Translations under genes and position numbers: made by a program
Shown here: in pieces, positions 55,589 to 62,756 of the stretch
How positions within the stretch are numbered: position 1 is the stretch's first letter
How the letters are laid out: each line of letters starts with the position of its first letter
From: a virus
Lineage: Duplodnaviria > Caudoviricetes
IMG/VR virus record: IMGVR_UViG_3300036793_000052
Coordinates: 1 to 62,756 of that record
Strand: one strand, 5' to 3'
DNA length: 62,756 bases
The notes under the pieces: generated by a model
The model's input: only the letters and a program-made list of their open reading frames with translations
What the model was told of the DNA's origin: nothing
Database searches by the model: none

Positions 55589-55912
55589 TTAGATGACGCC
55601 GCCGTGCACGCCGGAGCCACCCTCTTGGATCGGCGCACCGTTGGCACCTCTTGCGACGCCGCCCTTTTCGGGGGTCACTAGCTTGATCTTGGAGTTGGCT
55701 TCCTTCTGCTCGTCGGCGGTCAGCACGGCACCGAACTGCGCCTGCTGCGCTTCGGCGGCGCGAACTTCGCTGACTGCCTGAGTCTTACGACCGGCGTTGA
55801 TGTCCACGTTGCTGCCCGACGCGCTAGCGACGTGGCTCTCGTCGGCCTGCACGTCGTTGGCCGGGTCTACCGCTGCGGTCTTGTCGGTTGTGGTGTTTTT
55901 GTTCACTGCCAT
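55589..55912 (-). CDS. hypothetical low-complexity protein
   Basis: AAAGGAG RBS; between terminase and portal. Confidence 0.65.
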   Translation of the reverse strand: MAVNKNTTTDKTAAVDPANDVQADESHVASASGSNVDINAGRKTQAVSEVRAAEAQQAQFGAVLTADEQKEANSKIKLVTPEKGGVARGANGAPIQEGGSGVHGGVI

Positions 55913-55940
55913 GATTGGTTCTCCTTTTTTGCGTTGTGAC

Positions 55941-57620
55941 TCAATACAATCGGCGCGGTGCGCCCACCTTCTGCCGTGGTTGTGCACCAGCGGCGATGGC
56001 GTCTAATCGCGCTTGCCATGACAGCACACCGGCCATGCAAGCATCAAACTTGTTCTGTTCCTGATTGTTTAGCTTCTGCAAAATCCACAACGGTTTACCC
56101 TGGTCGTCAACGATATTCAAATCCTTGCGCCCCGCATGCCCGATGTGCTGGACAAGCTTATCGCGTTTCTCTTGCGGCCCAACATATTTAATCGTTTCAC
56201 CGTCGATGGCCTCATTGTATGCGCGACAGGTAAAGGCCATCGGTTTGAGCCGGTTCGTCCACCACTCGATCACCTGGTCGGGCCACTTGCCTGCCCAATT
56301 GGCAACCACCTCAGTCCAGTACGGGGGATCGCAGTAGCCGCGCCACACATCGTAGGTCTCATAGACTTGAGCCATGGTTTCGCTCAGCTCTTGGGAGTCG
56401 ACCTCCCACAACGCATCCGGCGGCAGCTCTAATGGCCGTTCCCAGATGGCATGCAATTGTTGTTTGCCGGTTAGGATCTCGGTTAACACGATGGCTGTGG
56501 AGTCGCGGAACTTAGCGCCGTCGAAACCGACTGCGACGAATGCGCCCTTCATAAGCTGGTCGCGGTATCCGGTCTTAAGTTCCAAATCTGTTGGCGTGGC
56601 AAGCTTTTTGACTTTCACTGAGTCGAATGCAGCCGCCCCGCTTTTGCGCCACCGGTTGAGCCAAACCCGCTCCCAGTACATGCGGTCGGTGCCTTTGTTG
56701 TCGTATCCCTTTGCTATGCGGATGAATTGGCCTTTGCCCCACTCGCCTATCGGCCCAGTGGCTTCTTCGATCGCCGCGACCCGCTTCTCAACGGTGTCTA
56801 AGTCTTTGTGCCGCTTCTCGTCTGCCCACCGGCTGAAAAAGAACAGCGACGTGGTTTTGCGTTGGCCGTCGCCCATCTCTTCAGCCTCAGAACGCAAGTC
56901 CTCTTGGATGCTGCCCTGACCGGGCGCTCCGGCAGTCGACGTGTACAGCGACCAAGGATCTTCAAGCTGACGTTTGTTGAGGTTTTCGTTCATCGTCTGG
57001 TGAGCTTCACGCTGGCGCGGCAGATAGATTCGGTGTGGTTCATCGAAATGCTGGCATGTTGTGCGCGCACCATCACGGGCGTTCGGTGCAACCGAAACCG
57101 GCACAGCCATACCATCTTCCCGACCGTACTTGTCCAGCCGCACTATGCGCTCTTTTGAGCAGTCGAATAGATGCGCGTCTTCGCAGTGCTCAACAATGTA
57201 TTTCAGCACCCCGAATGCCAGCTCGGTTACCTGCTCTTCGGTGCTGGCCATCATCGGAATGTATGGTGCGACAACGGGTCTGCCGACCGGTCTGCCCCAC
57301 GCATCCCAGCCGTCGAAACGCACCGGCCCCTCGGGGTGCAACTCGCAGAACATGATCCACGCCGCCCACTCCGTCTTGGCTAACCCTTTTCGCAGCTCGA
57401 CGCCGCAGCGGTCAAAGTGCCGGTTACCTTCCAGCGGGTGGCCTTTGGGCTGCACCTCATAGCAGCGGTAGGTTAATCCGGTTTTCTCGGCGTCCAGCTT
57501 GGCCGGTTGCTCCTGCAGCGAACCGGGGCCGAACACGCATTTGGCTTCGATGAATTCGCAGACCTCCTTACCCAATGACGGGTAAGTCAGGTCAAGTTCG
57601 GGAACGACGAGCGTGGCCAC
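55941..57620 (-). CDS. terL: terminase large subunit
   Basis: RKGLAKTE, HFDEPH, GFDG...DSTA, DPPYW, KFDACMA. Confidence 0.93.
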   Translation of the reverse strand: MATLVVPELDLTYPSLGKEVCEFIEAKCVFGPGSLQEQPAKLDAEKTGLTYRCYEVQPKGHPLEGNRHFDRCGVELRKGLAKTEWAAWIMFCELHPEGPVRFDGWDAWGRPVGRPVVAPYIPMMASTEEQVTELAFGVLKYIVEHCEDAHLFDCSKERIVRLDKYGREDGMAVPVSVAPNARDGARTTCQHFDEPHRIYLPRQREAHQTMNENLNKRQLEDPWSLYTSTAGAPGQGSIQEDLRSEAEEMGDGQRKTTSLFFFSRWADEKRHKDLDTVEKRVAAIEEATGPIGEWGKGQFIRIAKGYDNKGTDRMYWERVWLNRWRKSGAAAFDSVKVKKLATPTDLELKTGYRDQLMKGAFVAVGFDGAKFRDSTAIVLTEILTGKQQLHAIWERPLELPPDALWEVDSQELSETMAQVYETYDVWRGYCDPPYWTEVVANWAGKWPDQVIEWWTNRLKPMAFTCRAYNEAIDGETIKYVGPQEKRDKLVQHIGHAGRKDLNIVDDQGKPLWILQKLNNQEQNKFDACMAGVLSWQARLDAIAAGAQPRQKVGAPRRLY

Positions 57621-57628
57621 CGGGGCGG

Positions 57629-58186
57629 CTAGCCGCTAGCCGGTTTGGGAAACTCGACTACGTTGTCGCCCAACGCGATACGAGGATCTTTGGCCGGATT
57701 CGTTTCGTCCGAGGTTGGCGGCTGCGCGCTCTTGACGTCTGCTGCGCGCCGCTTCTCGCCCTTCGCCTTCGCCTCGTCGGCCTGCTCAAATGTCCATTCC
57801 AGCCGACGCCGATCCATCGGAGTCAAGCCGTAATCCTTTTGCGCTAGACGAACTTCCGCGTGCGTATCGGAGCGGGGGTTCATCCAAAAGTTGTCGATCA
57901 GCGCGGCCAGCCGGTATAGGCCATGCCGGTCCGATGGCTGGAATTCATCAGACATCGGCGATTCCCAAAGATCAACCCACCACTCTAAAGTCAAAGGATT
58001 CCAAGGCTTTTCGACGTAGACTGGTTCGTCTTCGCCCTTCTTCTTAACTAGGACATGGCGCGGTGGAAGTGGCGGAATCTCAACAGCTTCCAGCTCTTCT
58101 TCGGTGCGCTCTTTGAGTGTAGCCCGCGTCGAACTTTTGTTGGCGCGCGCACGAACACTCGGATGCTTCGCGGGTGGTCCTGACAT
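57629..58186 (-). CDS. terS: terminase small subunit
   Basis: GPP.K...R.R.N, WW..LW.SPM..E, AEVRL....GLTP.DRRRL.W. Confidence 0.85.
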   Translation of the reverse strand: MSGPPAKHPSVRARANKSSTRATLKERTEEELEAVEIPPLPPRHVLVKKKGEDEPVYVEKPWNPLTLEWWVDLWESPMSDEFQPSDRHGLYRLAALIDNFWMNPRSDTHAEVRLAQKDYGLTPMDRRRLEWTFEQADEAKAKGEKRRAADVKSAQPPTSDETNPAKDPRIALGDNVVEFPKPASG

Positions 58187-58189
58187 GGT

Positions 58190-58336
58190 TCACTCCTTTT
58201 CGGTTGCGGCACGGTGCTTTTCGCCTTCGCGCCACTTGAAGTACAAAACCCCTGCGAGCGTAGCCACCAGCAGAAGCGTCACAAGCACAAGTAATGTGCC
58301 GGACACTCCTGCCAGAAGCCAAGCCCACCAGGGCAT
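58190..58336 (-). CDS. small membrane protein
   Basis: MPWWAWLL...TM. Confidence 0.6.
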   Translation of the reverse strand: MPWWAWLLAGVSGTLLVLVTLLLVATLAGVLYFKWREGEKHRAATEKE

Positions 58337-58401
58337 TAGAGGAAATACACCAGCAGGAGCACAATCACGATGATGGCGAGGACGCCGCCGCCGACGTACA
58401 T
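58336..58401 (-). CDS. 21-aa hydrophobic micropeptide
   Basis: MYVGGGVLAIIVIVLLLVYFL, with TGATG and TAATG overlaps. Confidence 0.5.
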   Translation of the reverse strand: MYVGGGVLAIIVIVLLLVYFL

Positions 58402-58847
58402 CAGCCGAGCGCCTTACCGGCACCAGTCTGGTCACCGGAGTCGCCATCACCGGAAGTGCTGAAACCGTCAGAACCAGCAATGGTTTTCATCGGGGTTCCC
58501 TGGTTCGGTGCGTCGGCGTCCTGGTCGCCGTGACCGCCGTCGCCGCCGCCGAGCACCAAAGGTGACTGCTCGCCGATTACCATGCCTGCGCCGGACTGGT
58601 CGCCCGGTACAGCCCGTCCAGCCTCGCGCGCCTGAGCTGCCTTGTGGTCCTGCACGATCCCTGCATGCCGTGCGGTTGTGTTGTCGTCCACGCCTGTCTC
58701 TCCCATCGGATCGTTACTTGCTGCCGGGTATGCGCCCGGCCCGGTGTCGTCCACAGTGCCGAACGGACCCGTTACAGACCTACCATTCGGGTCAGTCTCT
58801 TGTGCTGCGGCACTAGGGCCGAAAATGTTGCGCCGCTGCACACCCAT
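58401..58847 (-). CDS. hypothetical Gly/Asp-rich protein
   Basis: TAATG overlap. Confidence 0.6.
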   Translation of the reverse strand: MGVQRRNIFGPSAAAQETDPNGRSVTGPFGTVDDTGPGAYPAASNDPMGETGVDDNTTARHAGIVQDHKAAQAREAGRAVPGDQSGAGMVIGEQSPLVLGGGDGGHGDQDADAPNQGTPMKTIAGSDGFSTSGDGDSGDQTGAGKALG

Positions 58848-59065
58848 TACTTCGCCGCCTTACTACGCGGCGCACGGCCTGCCTTCTTCGCCGGGGCCGC
58901 AACAGGCGGTGCCACCGGGGACGGACTCGGAGTGGGCTGCGGGACGTCGTCTGCCTTGACGGCGAAACCTTGGTCAAGCAACCAATTCGCTTGCGCCGCT
59001 GAAACAGTGACGGTTTCACCGTCCTTGCCCAGGTCGGCTACGTTGATTCGAAGAGTTACCTTCAT
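58847..59065 (-). CDS. small protein with L9 N-terminus-like start
   Basis: MKVTL..VADLGKDGETVTVS...ANWL...GFA; AAGGAG RBS. Confidence 0.6.
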   Translation of the reverse strand: MKVTLRINVADLGKDGETVTVSAAQANWLLDQGFAVKADDVPQPTPSPSPVAPPVAAPAKKAGRAPRSKAAK

Positions 59066-59092
59066 CGCTCAATCTCCTTGCGATAGTACGGC

Positions 59093-59431
59093 TTAGGTGT
59101 GGTATCCGAAGGTGTAAACAGTGTTCGCGGCGGGCTGCGCTGTCGGGATGATCGCAAAGCCAGCATCAAGGCGCAACACGGTGAACGTCAAAGTGGGTCC
59201 AGCGATCTGCGTGACCGTGAACGTACCAGCTACCTGGCCGGGGTCAATGGCGAAGGTCACCTTGACCAAGGCCATAGTGCCTTCTGATTCGTCGGCTCCG
59301 GCACCTGCGGTCGGCGCGACCGTTTCGGCACCGGTACCAACCGACACCGCGCCCAAGGCGACGGTGCCCTTAGCGAGTGCGTGCGCCCCGTCTCCTGCGA
59401 CGAATCCTGGTGCTGCTTCTGCTGTTGCCAT
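59093..59431 (-). CDS. hypothetical (possible virion) protein
   Basis: GAAAGG RBS; Ala/Thr beta-rich. Confidence 0.65.
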   Translation of the reverse strand: MATAEAAPGFVAGDGAHALAKGTVALGAVSVGTGAETVAPTAGAGADESEGTMALVKVTFAIDPGQVAGTFTVTQIAGPTLTFTVLRLDAGFAIIPTAQPAANTVYTFGYHT

Positions 59432-59476
59432 TTTGTGTTTACCTTTCCTGTTGTGTCACAACACTTTTGCGTTGTA

Positions 59477-62400
59477 TTAAGAGACCGCAGCCCAGAACGC
59501 GGTTGCGTTCGCGGTAAAGGATGCGGGCGTGTGGAACGCCGTGGTCAGGCCGGTGTGTGCAATGTCGATCGCGAATCGCAGAGAAGGTCCAGAGTTAGCG
59601 CCGTTGGCGGTAGCGGTGGCAGCGTTGAAGCTGAACTTCGGCCCGGTTGTGCCGTTCCAGAAGAATCCAACGTAATACAACCCGGCGGCTACCAGTTGCG
59701 CTGTAGCCAATGGCATCACTTTGAGCCCGGCCGTCTGCCAGTTGGTCGACTGGTCGGCGGTCGCCGCCAGTAGGTTACCGGAGTGGTCGAACAGTCCCGC
59801 GAAACATTGTCCAGCCGTGAGGGTTGCGCCCGCTGTCTGCACGTCCAGTATGACGTTTGTGATGGTGGTGGCTGCCCTGATCGGCAGAAGTGTGAAGAAC
59901 GCATCACCCGCCGTAGGGATAGATGACGAATATGCCAGAAGCGGATCGAAAGCCCAAGAGATCCAACTGTAATCGGCGGGACAGAACGTCGGCGGAAGCG
60001 CCCCAAGGTAGCGGCTATCGAAAACCGATTCAAGGTTTACCGCACGGTTTGTGAGAAGCTCTGCGTACCACTTACTTTCTGATGGGTAGTACGTCATCCG
60101 CACTTTATCGACCGCGCCGTTCACGGTGGACAGGGTGCTGAATCCGTTGGCCCACACCACGTTACTTGGCCACACAATTGTTCCTGGTGCACCAGATGCG
60201 GGTTGCGGAATGAGGATTTCTAGCGTCCGCGATGCCAGGTAGGGGGCGTTGGCGAAGCTTGTGATGGTGGTGACGCCGTTCTGTAGCTTCCATTTCTGCA
60301 CATCCCCCAACTGGGGGTATGCGATGAAGCTGGTGGGGATTTGTGCGCCGCCGTTGTTCCACACGACTCGCTGTGTGCCGCCTTGGTAGACGGCGCAGTC
60401 GTTCAAAGTCATTGCGGCTAGGGTGGGTTCGACTAGCCGTCCTTCGAAGGCGAAGATGTTACCGGTCGGCACTACTGCACCTTGGAACGTGTAGCCGGGT
60501 GCGTCGCCGAATTCCAGTTTGCCGTTTCCAGTGAAGCTCGCCACCGGGAGGGTGCCACCCATGACCAGCGTTTTGTGTCCAAGCAAGCCGCCATCGTATT
60601 CAACGATCGAGTCGAATTCCATTTCGGTTACTGAGCTGGCGTAGTAGGCGCTGGACCCGGCCGGGTCAACACCGTAGACCCATCCGGTGTTGGTCGATGA
60701 CGCCGACGAGAATGTGCCGCGCAGAACGAATCTGCCACCGCCGACGTTGCCGCCGTTTTGGACTGTCACACCACATTGATTGGTGCGCGCGATGATTGAG
60801 AACTGGAAATTAGAGTAGCTGAAGTCGCCGACTGTGGAGCCGGAAGAAACACCACCGTCGAAGACGACTCCGGTTGTGTTGTACCGCAGCGAGATTCGGG
60901 TCCAGTCCATGTTGTTGACGACGGGTAGGGCACCGTAGTTTTTGAACAGCATTCCCATTCCGCCTGCGGTGGCGAAGTTTTGGAAGCACAGGTCGTTGCC
61001 GCGCGAGTTGAATAGGTTACCGATTTGCAAACCGACAGCACCTACACCGGACGATGTGCCGTCAACAGTGAAACCTTCGAACGCACAAGGTGTCGGTAGG
61101 CCGGTCGGTGAACCACCGTTGCTGGTGAGTTGAGCGTTGATGCATGGGCCGGTGCCGGTGTAGTTGATGGTGGTGACACCCATGCCGTCGCCGATAAGGC
61201 CTTGGAACTGAACGAAATTCAGTGTGCTACTGATCTTGTAGATACCAGATGGCGCTAGGATCATGCCGCCGGTGAGTGGGTTAAGTGCGGCGATGGCGGC
61301 GTTGAAGGCTGCGGTGGAGTCGGCTACGCCAGTCGGGTCTGCGCCTGCGAAGTCTAGGACGTTGACGCGGTGTGGTCGGGCGTAGTCGGTGCCGCTGATC
61401 GCGGCGGCGAAACCGCTTGACCCGTTGTCTTTTAAAATGGCTGTGCCGAGCCCGGCGAGCGCCGAGGTTTGGAGTGCGGTGGATGCGAGGCCTAGCGCTG
61501 TTTGCGCCGCACTCGACAAGGCCACGGTGTTTCCGGTGACGCTGATATCTGCGCCCGGCACGATGGACTGTAACGCGGTGTTCGCGAGGCCTAGCGCGGT
61601 CTGCGCCGCGCCCGATAGCGACACCTGATTTCCGGACACGGCGATGTCTGTTCCGGCCGTGAGGGATTGCAGGGCGGTGGCGGCTTCGGCGAGCGCGGTC
61701 TGCGCCGCACTTGACAGCGCGACCTGGTTGCCGCTGACCGTGATATCGGTACCGGCCGACAATGATTGGAGCGCGGTCGCGGCAAGGTTCAAGTCTGTTT
61801 GTACCGCCGTCGCTAGTTCGGCTTCGGTGACCGGCGCGCTTAAGCCGGTGATGTTGGTGACCCAATTCGATAACGTCGTAGCAGGTAAGGCTTCTAGGTA
61901 GTAGAACTGGCCGACGTCGGTGCGGCGGCAGTAGTCACCGGGGTTTCCGGTGAGCGCAAGCATTTCCGCGTCTGAGGCCGCAGGTCCGAGCCAGCATGCC
62001 GCGTCGATAGTGTTCCTGGCGGCGGTGGCCGATGCCGCTGTTATCAGCGCCCGCCCAACACCGGTGGCGTCGGTGATGCCGCCTGATGCGACAGTCGGAA
62101 GCTGCGCCGCCACCACTCCGGCGCTCGGCGAAACAGCCGATAAGTCGATCGGTGTCGCATCGGCGGATGCGCGGAAAGGGATGCTGGGTAGCGTGATCGG
62201 CTTGCTGATGCGTTCAGCTTCGTTGACGTAGTAAGCGTTCGAGAAGGTCGCCAGGTAATGCAACGGACCGTTCAAGTTGAGGTCCGGCGTGTCCGAAGGC
62301 AATTGGACTGCGCCGAGCTTGCCGCCGATGATCTTGCCGTCAACGGTCACCGGCACAACGATCTTCGACTGAGCAGGCACAGCGAGCACGCCGCCCTGGT

Positions 62401-62488
62401 CAACAAGCATTTCGAATTCGACGTCGGCCACGATGTTGCCAACAGGCGCGACCGGTGTCCATGTTCCGGTTACCGGGAAACGTTGCAA
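59477..62488 (-). CDS. tailspike/depolymerase-like minor tail protein (pectate-lyase-like beta-helix)
   Basis: ITDATGVGRALITAA..ARN, three 33-aa repeats, VNVLDF.GADPTGVADSTAAFNAAI..G.Y.IS. Confidence 0.8.
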   Translation of the reverse strand: MQRFPVTGTWTPVAPVGNIVADVEFEMLVDQGGVLAVPAQSKIVVPVTVDGKIIGGKLGAVQLPSDTPDLNLNGPLHYLATFSNAYYVNEAERISKPITLPSIPFRASADATPIDLSAVSPSAGVVAAQLPTVASGGITDATGVGRALITAASATAARNTIDAACWLGPAASDAEMLALTGNPGDYCRRTDVGQFYYLEALPATTLSNWVTNITGLSAPVTEAELATAVQTDLNLAATALQSLSAGTDITVSGNQVALSSAAQTALAEAATALQSLTAGTDIAVSGNQVSLSGAAQTALGLANTALQSIVPGADISVTGNTVALSSAAQTALGLASTALQTSALAGLGTAILKDNGSSGFAAAISGTDYARPHRVNVLDFAGADPTGVADSTAAFNAAIAALNPLTGGMILAPSGIYKISSTLNFVQFQGLIGDGMGVTTINYTGTGPCINAQLTSNGGSPTGLPTPCAFEGFTVDGTSSGVGAVGLQIGNLFNSRGNDLCFQNFATAGGMGMLFKNYGALPVVNNMDWTRISLRYNTTGVVFDGGVSSGSTVGDFSYSNFQFSIIARTNQCGVTVQNGGNVGGGRFVLRGTFSSASSTNTGWVYGVDPAGSSAYYASSVTEMEFDSIVEYDGGLLGHKTLVMGGTLPVASFTGNGKLEFGDAPGYTFQGAVVPTGNIFAFEGRLVEPTLAAMTLNDCAVYQGGTQRVVWNNGGAQIPTSFIAYPQLGDVQKWKLQNGVTTITSFANAPYLASRTLEILIPQPASGAPGTIVWPSNVVWANGFSTLSTVNGAVDKVRMTYYPSESKWYAELLTNRAVNLESVFDSRYLGALPPTFCPADYSWISWAFDPLLAYSSSIPTAGDAFFTLLPIRAATTITNVILDVQTAGATLTAGQCFAGLFDHSGNLLAATADQSTNWQTAGLKVMPLATAQLVAAGLYYVGFFWNGTTGPKFSFNAATATANGANSGPSLRFAIDIAHTGLTTAFHTPASFTANATAFWAAVS

Positions 62489-62756
62489 GTCAATCAGCTC
62501 CTTAAGTGTTTGCTAGTCAGTCGGTCTGCGCCCCGGTTGACCTGCGCGGTTGCCACCGGGTGGCGATGCTGGCCTAGCTTTGGGAGCTGATTCGTTGGTG
62601 TCGGCGAGATACGTTGTCGCACACCGGGTTTCAGTGGGCGGCTGGATGCGAAAAGCGTTGCGGCACAACAGGTTTGCCGTGTTTGCTGTGGGCGGCTGCG
62701 CGTGGTAGCGTCAGTGCAGGTCAATCCCCTGCAACCCGTAGCCAGCAAAATCTGCT

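Noticed and set aside
62740-62756. 17-bp terminal repeat as a biological DTR or att site
   Set aside because: No integrase, and a better cos candidate lies nearby; most simply an assembly overlap

Overview
The window is an essentially complete ~62.7 kb actinobacteriophage genome, probably a mycobacteriophage siphovirus, written mostly on the minus strand. The ends overlap by 17 bp and a cos-like site lies near position 38-48. Reading leftward from 62.5 kb: a tailspike-like gene, terminase, portal, head and tail genes, tape measure, minor tails, an expanded lysis region, then early and replication genes (ParB-like, HTHs, Cas4-family exonuclease, SSB, NrdH, primase-helicase, endonuclease VII), WhiB and HNH. 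I found no integrase, DNA polymerase, tRNA or CRISPR array. The standout is the only plus-strand cassette (3.45-7.5 kb). It has a SigA-type promoter with a perfect CRP box and candidate operators, a ~300-nt structured leader, two complete type II hammerhead ribozymes bracketing an ArdC-like gene, a repeated extended RBS, many small ORFs and a final Aca2/DUF1870-like HTH, so it looks like a ribozyme-processed anti-defence operon. Other oddities are a LysB-like esterase fused to the tail hub protein, tail chaperones G and GT as separate paralogues with no frameshift, PLD and papain-like genes ahead of lysin A, an FMP-type heme peroxidase-like gene and a LysM-inserted tail-type protein. All family assignments come from motif recognition, not database searches.
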